A DNA stretch of 61,875 bases, counting the filler, from Basidiobolus ranarum (Eukaryota): assembly GCA_040143965.1 (NCBI GenBank). It is 19 parts of 19 records of this genome, joined end to end, with 100 filler letters (N's around TTAATTAATTAA, not from the genome) between each part and the next. Parts side by side here need not be neighbours in the genome. Positions count along the whole stretch, not along the records: positions 9,820 to 12,990 come from JASJQH010002679.1; positions 13,091 to 16,261 come from JASJQH010002680.1; positions 16,362 to 19,530 come from JASJQH010002681.1; positions 19,631 to 22,798 come from JASJQH010002682.1; 15 more parts are not named here. One strand, 5' to 3'. A model generated the notes under the pieces. It made no database searches. It had not been told where the DNA came from and saw only the letters and a list, made by a program, of their open reading frames with translations. Both the position numbers and the translations under genes were made by a program. Positions 10,898 to 21,667 of the stretch are shown here, piece after piece. Position 1 is the stretch's first letter; each line of letters starts with the position of its first letter.

Positions 10898-11866
10898 ATG
10901 AATCCAGACTTGTTAATCAAATTATTCTATGAAGACTTCCGAGAAAAATTACAAAATCACTCGGAAATCTTGATACACAACTTACTAAAATCCCTAGCCG
11001 AATCTCAAAATGCTTTTATTAATGCATATCATGCAAATTTGCCAGGAACATTTCAGTGTACGGCAAAATTAACAACCGGTAAAGACAAAGGGCAGAGATG
11101 CAAATATAGGGCAAAAGAACGTAAACTCTGCGGACATCATCTGCGCCATCTTCACAAAACCTTTTCCGGAGAGAAAGAAACACCTCGGGAAAGTTTTAAC
11201 GACACACAAGTTTCTAAACCAAAAGTTTCATCAGGCGAAACTCTTTTTGGAGAAGATACTAATCTAAACAAAGACACATGCAAAGTTCTTTCTAAAAAAA
11301 ATACAGTTGCATTAACCGAAGTCATACCAAACGAAAATCTTTCTGAAAAGGAGCTTCTTAAAGAGCCATTCTTATGCAAACAGCCGCCGGACAAACGAGC
11401 GTCAGGGATGGATCTTCTTAAAGAGCCACTCTTACGCAAACAGCTTCCTGATCAGCAAACCTTAGATGAAAATACACTCTTATGCAAACAACCTGGTGGT
11501 AACTATTATTCTGGAAAAGAGCTTCTTAAAGAGCCACTCTTAGGCAAACAACACCGTGAATATCAATCCTTTGGCGAACCAGTTTCCGAAAATACTTTTC
11601 CAGAAGAATCTGCTCATGAAGACAAGCCAACATCTCAAGTAGAAAAATTTTACGCAAGATCTTTTTCTGACACAAAACTTTCGAAAGAAACTATTTACGT
11701 TGCTACTCGCAATATGTTACCAGTTGACCATTTGGATATAATATCCAATGAGATTTACACACTAGTTGCGAAATCAGAAGGAGTTGTTCCATTGGTTAAA
11801 GATTATCTCATACCTTATACATATTCCAGTTTGGTAAATAAAGTAAAGAGGTCTATAGGCATCTAA
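10898..11866 (+). CDS. Hypothetical virus-like protein with C-x13-C-x9-C-x2-H zinc finger and internal KELLKEPLLxKQ repeats
   Basis: 322-aa intronless ORF; CTAKLTTGKDKGQRCKYRAKERKLCGHH; four imperfect peptide repeats. Confidence 0.75.
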   Translation: MNPDLLIKLFYEDFREKLQNHSEILIHNLLKSLAESQNAFINAYHANLPGTFQCTAKLTTGKDKGQRCKYRAKERKLCGHHLRHLHKTFSGEKETPRESFNDTQVSKPKVSSGETLFGEDTNLNKDTCKVLSKKNTVALTEVIPNENLSEKELLKEPFLCKQPPDKRASGMDLLKEPLLRKQLPDQQTLDENTLLCKQPGGNYYSGKELLKEPLLGKQHREYQSFGEPVSENTFPEESAHEDKPTSQVEKFYARSFSDTKLSKETIYVATRNMLPVDHLDIISNEIYTLVAKSEGVVPLVKDYLIPYTYSSLVNKVKRSIGI

Positions 11867-12042
11867 GATCAACCTTGTTTATTTTATAAATTTGTAAAGA
11901 GGTCTATAGGCATCTAAGATCAACCTTGTTTAGTAATTTGTATAAAGTAACATCTTTCTGTAATTAGAGTTCGTCACTGTAACATTCTTACGTAATTAGA
12001 GTTTGTCACCGTAACATTCTTGTGTAATTATAATTTGTCGCC
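11843..12042. repeat. 39-bp direct repeat (11843-11881 / 11894-11932) followed by three ~32-bp tandem units
   Basis: gtaaagaggtctataggcatctaagatcaaccttgttta twice; gtaacatt..gtaattagagtt.gtcac. three times. Confidence 0.9.
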
Positions 12043-12278
12043 ATACCAACTGTTATCATAAGAGTTAATTCTGATTATTTATCTTTTGTATAAATCTTAT
12101 TAACATTATTTTAGAGGCGCAATGCAAATTTTGTAAACTAATATATTTAATTGTAATTATTTATTTTTGTACAGATCCTATTAACATACTACATTGTTTG
12201 CAGTTTAGGGGCGCAATACAATCCCGTAACATAATATTACATCAATCAACAATTTTAAAAAAAGGTTAATCTAAAAGT

Positions 12279-12794
12279 TTACATTGGTAAGTAAAACGTG
12301 TTTGCCAAAGTAACTATCCTAGGTTGATTACCATCGTCGCGCTCAACTGTGATTATATCTCCGACTTTAAACCTGTGCCATCTGCAAATAATATCGGTGG
12401 TTAATAACTTTGGCAATGTATTTACGAGTATGTGTTTTTGTCGTAAATATTCCAGTTCTTCCTTGGTAGCTAGTCTGTGAATAGGAACTAACGGACTAGT
12501 TGTAGGATTGTCTAAAATTTCTTCTGCACAAAATACTTTGGAATAATATTTTAAATCTAAGTTCGAGTTAATTTTTTCTATATTTTTTTTTGTCATCTGA
12601 ATACCCATGAGAAGTAGAAGGAAATCATGGTCGGTACATTCTTTCAGGAATTGGAAAACATCAGACAGGTCTGCGTTAGTATTATAATAGATTGGTAAAG
12701 ATTTTCCATCCTTAACGTACATTAATGTGAATGGATCTTTTTTGTATCCTCTGCAGGATGACATGCTATCTACCACATCATTGATATCTATCAT
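12279..12794 (-). CDS. RPB5: Divergent, intronless RNA polymerase subunit RPB5 homologue (probably of NCLDV origin)
   Basis: C-terminal LVPIHRL...E...LPKLLTTDIICRW..FKVGDIITVER follows the Rpb5/RpoH C-domain pattern (LVPxH...LPxI...DP...G.V..I.R); N-terminal M..CRGY echoes the eukaryotic M..DRGY; only 171 aa. Confidence 0.88.
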   Translation of the reverse strand: MIDINDVVDSMSSCRGYKKDPFTLMYVKDGKSLPIYYNTNADLSDVFQFLKECTDHDFLLLLMGIQMTKKNIEKINSNLDLKYYSKVFCAEEILDNPTTSPLVPIHRLATKEELEYLRQKHILVNTLPKLLTTDIICRWHRFKVGDIITVERDDGNQPRIVTLANTFYLPM

Positions 12795-12859
12795 AGTTTG
12801 TTATTTTTATGCGTAGGTAAATAGTTTGTACAAAACTTTTTTTGTAAAAAAAAAATATT

Positions 12860-12990
12860 CTTTTTGGTTTACGGGGTGACATGGTTAAATTAGTTTTGGG
12901 TTACGGGGTGACATTGTTAAAGGTTTTAAATTGGGTCTGAGAGAAGTTTTTAATTTGAGTTCATAGTTAGGTTTGAATTAAGATTTGAAT
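12860..12990. repeat. Short direct repeat (ttacggggtgacat.gttaaa x2) and start of a second array of the 9820-10735 family
   Basis: ggttttaaattgggtctgagagaagtttttaatttgagtt...ttaggtttgaa matches the array unit at about 10455-10510. Confidence 0.8.
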
Positions 12991-13325
12991 NNNNNNNNNN
13001 NNNNNNNNNNNNNNNNNNNNNNNNNNNNNNNNNNTTAATTAATTAANNNNNNNNNNNNNNNNNNNNNNNNNNNNNNNNNNNNNNNNNNNNTATATTCCCT
13101 AGTTACAACGTGATTTTCAACAAGTATCTTATTGGCGGAATCTTACATTCAGTTACGAGCGAAGAATGATATATACTCAAGGAGGAGTGATTAATTTCAA
13201 CAAGATTGGCTTGAGGTACCATACGGACAAGGCTTGTTGATTAGAACAATTGCCATCACAACACCTGACCATCAAGTTTATTTAATAGGCCCTAACCCTA
13301 AGTCATTTTTTAGTCAACGAAGAAT

Positions 13326-13682
13326 TTAGCAATTCTTCAAGTACAGTCCATAAACAGCTGTTTCTAGATCCTTAGTCCTGAAATATTTCTGCATATATAA
13401 CTCATCCTGGGGATATTTGCATTTTTCGTAGACGGTAGAGAGATATTGTTGGAACGATTTCTGACATGAGCCGCTACAGGCCTCTCTGAACTCTGAAGAG
13501 TAGCGAATTGGGTTATCTTCTAAGAGGGTAGTCGAACAATCCAATGTTGCACTAAGAGCATCTATACATGGATATGAGAGGCTCGGTGGGAGCAGAAGAC
13601 TGTTAAAAAATTGAAAACTTGCGCAAGCGTTGACACCGAATATGAGAACAAATGCAACGGAATTGAATTGGGAGAGTTTCAT
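13326..13682 (-). CDS. Small secreted Cys-rich protein resembling the N-terminal Cys domain of fungal LysM proteins
   Basis: Signal peptide; LS..CIDALSATLDC...ACSGSC..S...Y...V...C pattern; the 3' end may splice further. Confidence 0.65.
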   Translation of the reverse strand: MKLSQFNSVAFVLIFGVNACASFQFFNSLLLPPSLSYPCIDALSATLDCSTTLLEDNPIRYSSEFREACSGSCQKSFQQYLSTVYEKCKYPQDELYMQKYFRTKDLETAVYGLYLKNC

Positions 13683-15903
13683 TTTCTCCTAAGCTGTATA
13701 GTGTTAAAGTTAGTACTATTTCCTTTTTATAGAGTTGGTTAAAATCAAATTCTCCCCCGGATTTACATACTCTAGATTGTAATTATTATATAATAGTTAC
13801 ATAGTAGTACTTGCCATAGATGTGGTACCCTAGATGTAGTAGTATTCCACTATTTTGGTACACTGCAGCGTTCTTTTCATCATCCAATCCGTTTTGAGGA
13901 TATATCTTAGTTGACCCGTACTACCTAATCTTTCTATACCTGACCAGGACAAGAAATCATAATCGTTCATAAGCGAATGTGCTCACTTACTATACGAGTC
14001 TTGGCAACCACTACATTGGTGTAATCACACATTCCTTCACGAAAGGAGAGCGCTATATACACAAACACTAATTCCTTGGGAACTAGTAAGACGCTCGTGT
14101 GAAGTTCTAAATATGTGGAAAGGACAATGTATTTCTAACTAGTAGTCATGTACCAATAGATTCAACTAGTAACCAGGTACAAATGTATTCAAAAGCATTT
14201 CTATGCCTTATGCTCCATGATTGTGAAATGATACGCTTTGAATGTACCCCAGGAACCCCATCCAAGTTTGATCGGAATTCCAAGTTCATCCTTGAATCAA
14301 AGGCTGGTTGTTGGGGTGTGAATATTGTAGAGACAGTGCCATGTGTTTACAAACCAAAAGAATAATGATTAACTAGTTTGTAATATTAAGTCATATGACT
14401 GCTTGCTTCCTAAGCCCTTGTAAGAATACTTTAAGTGCGCTCTTTCTACGATCATAGAGTAGCTTCCGAAAGGGTGTGCTTGACTAATAAGAGCATTTTT
14501 GAAGAGTTCGATTAGATAATATGTTAACTTATATAAAGTACACTATGTACCTGAACCCTATATTGAGCAGTTGGAATAATACAAAACAAATACCGTATGG
14601 CTTTACAGACAGTTCAGGGAAACATTTTTGATAACCGTCTCCGTTTATTACCTGTTCTAAGATACATAGGGAAGAGAAAATGAAGTAAACCCTGATATTA
14701 TATGATATAAAAAGATCTACATTTTCTGACCACAAACATGGTACAGATTGGCAGAGGCGATGAATGACAACTCTCTTAGTGATTGTAAGACAAAAAATGA
14801 AACTGATCAACTAATATTCGAAGTCATCAGTATTTTACCGCTTGACAATGTCTAGCAAAATTTCAAAGAACATTCTAAAGAATCGGTGTCCATGTTCACC
14901 TTTCCATTCTGGGTAATGTTTCTAAGTTGTTACTGTTGTGGTTTCGTGTAATGGGTATGATTCTGCAGTTATAGGCATTGATCGTCTGGTCTAACTGAAA
15001 TACCGGCTGGTGTGTTCCATCAATTTGTACCTAGATCACAATTCAATCGTTGATCATGAGTGGAGTTGAGTAGAATACAAAGTGCAGGAATAAATCCAGT
15101 TATTCGGACGTTGCTCTAATTGACGTCGCTGTAACTGAGTATTATTATACATTATCCAATCACTTCCATACAAGTAAGCAGCGGATTGATAGGTAACAAT
15201 CATGATGTAATAGATGCTTGGTAGCACTCATAGATATTTAGTAAGATAAGCCACGGTATGTACACGCTTAGAGAGATATTCCAGATAGCAGATACGATTG
15301 ATCTTATCGTTTGATCGAATAATAGCTGAAAGTAGGGTCATTCATTTGTCACTTGTCTGTCATTCATCCACAAGAACACTCTGTCCTACTTCAAGTTTGT
15401 CTGTTGGAAAGTTATTGCAAGTTAATTCTGGTGTTGATTTTAGGCAGTGGATATTAAGAAACAGGTCTCTCCAGCCTTCTTGAACTGATATGTTGATGGG
15501 GCGGTATATTTAAGAAAAGATAATATATTTGGTTAGTACATTGATAAGGTGATTTCCGTTCCAGTTATTTATATATTCCAAGCAGAGGTGGGTGAAACTA
15601 ATCTAATGGACACTTATGATATTTAGAGTGGTAGTGACTTGGTGGAATTATAGTAAGACATGATGTACTATATATCAATTGCCCGAAACATTCCCTCGTT
15701 TATGATAATTGTAATATATATTACTTGCACAGTTCACTATGTGTTCATCTATTTGCAAAACAGCAAAACAGTCAGTGAACTTTACTTAGGGGGAATGAAA
15801 AGTACCATATGGTGTGGACTTTATTTAGCTTAAATTCTAATCTAAACAAAGTGACAATCAAGACATTAATCTTTTAAGAAATTGTGACAATACTGGATCA
15901 TAT

Positions 15904-16261
15904 CCCTAACAAAAATAAAATCGATTTGATCCGGATTGGATCCACCCTTCTAAAGCACAAAACCATCACAATATTGGTGACTTGCATTCTGCCAGAGATT
16001 TGGATGGTGCAACAGCAGTTTCTTGATGGTATTTTGATGGTATTCATACATGTTAAAATATTGATCCTCATATTTGGCATGCATTATTAATTTCCAGCAA
16101 TTTTTGCAAAAATATAATTTTTGAATGGCAAATTACTGGGTTTACTGCTTTAGGAATTTGAATTAATATGCATGCCTTTATTTAGATATTTTAGGCTTTG
16201 TATTCCAGCCATAATGAGAATCAAAAAATACAAGAATCTTGTTGTGTTTAGTCTCTACATA
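15904..16261 (+). mobile_element. CACTA/CMC-EnSpm-like DNA transposon, end A
   Basis: Starts CCCTAACAAAAATAAAATCGATTTGATCCGGAT; same terminus at 38998 and, inverted, at 56449, each with unrelated flanks. Confidence 0.8.
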
Positions 16262-16361
16262 NNNNNNNNNNNNNNNNNNNNNNNNNNNNNNNNNNNNNNN
16301 NNNNNTTAATTAATTAANNNNNNNNNNNNNNNNNNNNNNNNNNNNNNNNNNNNNNNNNNNN

Positions 16362-16732
16362 CTGGTAATGAAAGTCAAGATGCTTGTAATGTATCACCGG
16401 CCAATGCTGCAGGTGCTTATACTGTTGCTGCCACTACAATCTCTGATACCGCAGCTAGCTTCACCAACTATGGCGAATGTGTCAATATTGCTGCCCCCGG
16501 TAAAGATATCATATCTGCGTGGATTGGAGGCACCACCGCCACTAACAAAATCTCCGGAACTAGCATGGCTAGCCCTCATGTTGCTGGTGTTGCCACTCTT
16601 TATTTGGCACAAGAAGGATTTAACTCCCCGCAGGCCGTGTATAATGCTCTTTCAGCCAGAGCTACCAAGAATGTTGTTACTGGATTGAGAGGTAATACTC
16701 CTAATCTTTTAGTTTATAACTCTAACCAATAA
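16362..16732 (+). CDS. Subtilisin (S8A, proteinase K-like) serine protease, C-terminal part
   Basis: Frame absent from the ORF track: GNESQDACNVSPA...ASFTNYGECVNIAAPGKDIISAW...ISGTSMASPHVAGV...NTPNLLVYN*; catalytic GTSMA motif. Confidence 0.95.
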
Positions 16733-17089
16733 GATTATTGAGATTACCACAATGTTGATGTTATTAAGGGCAATAAATCTTTCAATCATATAAGAGTCAG
16801 AAACTCATCAGTTTGGTCAATGTTAAAATTATTGATATCAATTTTGACTTTAATAATGTGGCAAGGCTCAGTGCAAATTGCCCTGGTGACTCTGTGTATA
16901 GTATTAAATGAGCCAAACACCATATAATCAAGGTTGACTTTTGCATACACACCAGAACTCCTAACAAATTGACTATTTTTGGATTACCAATGACCATATC
17001 TCATTAATCAACAGACTACTCATGCATTTTCTATATCAAACCTATTTTCAAACAAGTGAATACCTCTGTTCATATAATTTTCTACACCA

Positions 17090-17540
17090 TGATATTCTTC
17101 TTTTCTGAACAGAAAGATAATAAAAGTTCATATTGCAACTTTATGATTGTTTTTGAAACTGTTAAAGTATTCCAATACTGAATATCTTAGAACTTGCTTT
17201 TATTCAACACTGAGAGTATATTTCTTTCATCTAAATCCAACCATATATTCTTAAAGAAGTGATTCTTTTCTTCTCTAAGTTCAACGTATTAACTTAAAGA
17301 CAGCACAAAGATAGCTAAGATTACTATAAGCATTAATTTAAACACTTGCCTCACATCCATCTCATTAGTCTAAAAGCATTCTAAGTTGTCTTCTACAGTT
17401 TCTTTTAGTGGAAGATATATCTCCTATTGTTATCTTTAGTCTTCCAGTAAATAGAAATTCAGCCTAGCCAAAGATTTGTATTGGAATATTAGCAATTTCT
17501 TCTAGAAAGATTGTTGGTGCACCCTCATTCTATAATACAT
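17090..17540. repeat. Unclassified decayed interspersed repeat (second copy about 51347-51780)
   Basis: Colinear similarity, e.g. gtttttgaaactgttaaa, cttagaact, aagatttgta.tggaatattag; region nearly devoid of CpG. Confidence 0.75.
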
Positions 17541-19630
17541 CTTAATTGGTGCCTCCTATAATGTGATCAAGCCAAATTACATCATGAATTTCATATCATG
17601 GAAGGACTATTCTCTACATCTCCTTTTGTTAAATCATGAAGTGATGCCACTATCTTGCATAGCTATTAACAAATCAATGAAAAGAAGTAGTCAACCTGAA
17701 GAAGTTTAGCAGTTGTCTTACAGTACTTGGTCATGGCCATTGTCTGATAATTGTTATTTTTTGTCAATCTGCTTGTAGTTCTTTTCAGACACAATCTCTC
17801 CTGAATATTTTGTATAGCTTTGTTTAAATTATGTTTTCTTCTATTGGCACATGACTGCTTTTTCTATAGTTTCAATACTTCTGATGCATGTTTGATATGC
17901 TGTTGTATGCTTTGACTATAGACTACAGTATCATCTAGGTAGATCATAGCAAAATCTTGTATTATATCTTGTTAGAAAGAGAGTATGTTGTCTTTGCTTG
18001 ACCTAGAGTAAATTTTTGGCTCTCTCGGATTAACAATAGATATTTCTCAGAGTTACTATATTCAGTAGTTAGGTTACAACATGCACCACCAAAGTTTTAC
18101 TCTTCTGTGGATAAATGTTAACAGATATGTTGTAATATGTAAGAAGCAAAGTTCAGTAAATGCTTAGAGGAATGGATAGGCTTAGTATGTTTATATAAAT
18201 TGGTCAATTACCACTGGTCATTCTGGCTAACTCAAAATCAATCAGAAAGCAAAAATGCTAAAATAGCTGTTGATGAAGGTTTTGAATCAAAAATAGCTAG
18301 CCTTAAATGCCAACAATGCTTCAAAGAGTTTGAAAGACATAACTCAGATTTAATATTGTCCTAGCAAGTAATGAAAGTTGATTTAGATAGACATTCCTCT
18401 ATTATCCTCATCAGCCAGTAGCTAGATTAAAGATTTATAGTACTAAAGACTTTTACTCATGGTAGATGGTCATAGTAGTCATCATGATAGCCAATATTGA
18501 TTCTTTAGGTTGTCTTTTCTAGGGATAAATATGCTTGGTCAGCTCTGTGATGATGTTGAGGGGCATATCATGCCTTTGAAGGTAACTTTCTTTAGCTGCT
18601 TCTTTAGCTCATATAGCTGTAATGTTAAAATTGGTACATTGATTTCTCTTTTGGAGGTGATTTTCTATGACCAGTTTTGTCATCTTTTGAGCCTGTATAG
18701 GTAGTTGATAAGGGAGTTTGTTGGTGAACAAATCTCTGAGTTTGTACTAAGATTTTGAAGTATAGATTAACTTTTTGGTGTTGTTTCATCCACCATACTT
18801 TCCACTTTGATAGGATATTTTTCTCTCTATTGAATACTTGAATGGAGCATGATATTCAAATTCATCCTTGAATTTTCCTTGACAGAGTTGAAGATAGTTG
18901 CTTAATTGATACATCATTGCTAATTGCATTACTTGCTATCATAAATAGATTCCAACCTATTGGGTATTGTGTGATTAAGTGATATGTCAGATGCCTTGTA
19001 GTTTGTTTGTCCCCAATTGGTTGATCAGCATGAAACTCTGTTAAACTGTGATTGTGTAGAAGTGCTTCAACATGAATGTGCATAGCAGCCTGAGGTACTT
19101 GATTCAGAAGGAGATTACACAACATAGTAAATAGCCCTGACTCTACTGTTTATATAGCAAACTTAACTATATAATCTCCAGGTCTTTATACCCATGTTCT
19201 GCAGTGAGAGACTATCTTTGACTGTAGCAATTCTGTCAGGATTGATAATTCCATCACTTGCTTCACTCAGCATAGGTGTCAGTGTTTTCCTTCAATAGTC
19301 TTCCACTAATTTCATATATCAATCAGTACTTGTCACAATAAGGAACTTGTTGAAGTTTATTATCTTTTTCATATTTGTTATCTCTGTCTTTATCCACCTA
19401 ACTATTTCACATATCACATATAAGCCAGTTACAAATACTTAGTCCAATATCACTTAACTGCAAATTGGAACATATATTATATATATATGTGAATAATGAG
19501 AGAATTAGCAATTCCATATTGGAAATTTCANNNNNNNNNNNNNNNNNNNNNNNNNNNNNNNNNNNNNNNNNNNNTTAATTAATTAANNNNNNNNNNNNNN
19601 NNNNNNNNNNNNNNNNNNNNNNNNNNNNNN

Positions 19631-20437
19631 GTTCGAACCGTAAGCGTGAACAGGATGAAGGATCGTCTCACGCACTTGAAGAAAATCAACCAAGAAGGTA
19701 GGATCAAATGCTTGGATTATTACTGGCCCAGCCTTACTAGAAAGAAATTGATTGGCTAAAGTTGCCGAGAAAGTGTCAAATGCTTTTGTTTTAGCCTGGC
19801 GGATGAAACTATGGGTGTTATAGTCTCTTCCTTGATCGAATATCCATTCTACCTCCCAAGGTGCCCGGGCAGTTGGGTTAGCAGCAGAATAGAAGTTTTG
19901 GGGAAAATTACTAGGAATATACAACAACGCCCAATAGTCACCATGATTGATGGTTTCTATAGCCTGATCTCGAGTAGTAGCCTCAGGCAAATTGCTCCAT
20001 GAAAATACATGATTTAGAGGAAGCTCTGGGTTCATTATAGTGCTTGTCACTAAAGCTCCAGCCGAGTTGCCACTAAACAAGCCAGCGATGAGTTGTTGCG
20101 TTTGAGTGGAAGCACCGGTCAAATCGAATCCTTTATCTTGATTAATAAGTGCCACCTCTAGATGGGTAATGCGGCCCAAAGGATTCCAAAGAAATCCTGC
20201 GTATATCCATTGGTAGCTAAGAGTGACGAGAAATATTACAAATCCAACTAAAATCAGAGATTTTGTAACCAAGTGAGGTAGAACAATATACTGTGGAAAG
20301 AGCTGCTTGAACGATCTTCTGAGTCTTTTATTTCTCTCATGAATTTCTTCGACAGTTTCGTGTTCCGGCATTTGTGGTGTGGCTTCGTGATGCAGGGTGC
20401 TTGAGGTCTTTTCTAGGACTCCGGGACCGTTTGACAT
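19631..20437 (-). CDS. SNG1/DUF3533-family membrane protein (5' part)
   Basis: One N-terminal TM segment, then YAGFLWNP....HLEVALINQD.G and V/I..GDYWALLYIP.NF motifs; truncated at the contig end. Confidence 0.75.
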
Positions 20438-21338
20438 GCTTAGTTGTGGAAATTAGAATGGTAAAGTGAATTTTAAGATGTTAGTACAGCAAACTGCTGG
20501 GGTGAATGTTTTGTTTGTAAAAATGTGCACAAATGCTCGCCATATATACCCAAGCAACTGACTACTTATTATTCATTGATGCATTTATTAGCTTTCAGGA
20601 CCAAGAAACCAGAATTCAAGTGACTCTTTTCCGTATTTAGGCATCAATATTTCACAGCTATTCCATCGAAACATAATTATCCCCAGCAAGTTACTTCCTG
20701 TTGCCGAAATATTGACAACACCTTGAAGAAAGGTTTAATAGTCCCATTTCAGGATCAGAAAGTTACACTCTGTCACAGTAAACTCTACATCATGTCAAAT
20801 ATTCTGCATTCAGAAAAGTATCATCCTACTTGATATTGATATCACATGCTAATACGAGATAATCAGAAGGGAATAATACATTACTACTCTTAGATTTAGC
20901 GCTGTTTGATATCTAGGTTTAGGTCAATATAGATTAGTATACTATGTTATGTCTTATCTCAACTTCATTGTTAGCGTGTGTTCGCCTAGACTATGCTTGT
21001 TAGACAGTCGAATTACACACTGCTTTGGAAGCAGTTTTGTGAATTGCACTGAAGTAATATTTACTTGATGACTGCTCGTTCATATACCTTTATTGTATGT
21101 CTTCAATTGTTCGTGTATTAATAACTTGAATTATTAGCATTGGATTTGTGCTCATAAATTATCAAATTACCAAAATCACAAGACAATCAGTAAAACCTCT
21201 GTTGATACATTATTTACTTGTAAATCACTAATTCTGCTATGCAGGGGATGGATGGATAGCTAACTGCTTCATTAATTTTTATTTTGAGGTTGCTGGTACC
21301 AATGAAGCAGTAATACGATTGCCACAATGATTTAATAT

Positions 21339-21667
21339 TATTGAAATCAGCATAGCCTAAGTATCTATATAGTCATATATAGCTTAGTATTTAGTTACCC
21401 AACATTTTAAAAAGATATCACTCAATATTCTCAAGAGGAATTTACTTGGAAGTTTGGACATATATAGATTTTTCTAATTTGTCCTAGAGGCCCCAAACCT
21501 TGCACACATCTTCCTGGGACCTTCCTTAACACATTCTACACATTTGTTTGTTTACCTCTTGACAAAACTATATATTGCAGCTTTCCACTCAATATCAGTA
21601 TGTCAAAACCAACAATTCTTTCTAGTTCTCCAAACCACTTCCAACAATCTCACAAAATACTTCAACA
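21339..21667 (+). mobile_element. Solo LTR (329 bp) with 5-bp target-site duplication AATAT
   Basis: T(A)TTGAA...TTCAACA termini; AATAT at 21334-21338 and 21668-21672; colinear with 35994-36322. Confidence 0.88.

Noticed and set aside
12279-12794. The host's own RPB5 gene
   Set aside because: Too short and divergent for this highly conserved subunit, intronless, and in atypical repeat-flanked DNA; not excluded without a phylogeny.
13290-13301. Telomere-like CCCTAA x2 (also TTAGGG-like words near 6697-6740)
   Set aside because: Only two units, internal; compatible with chance.
16368-16688. 106-aa ORF listed in the track
   Set aside because: It is an alternative frame overlapping the real subtilisin frame.
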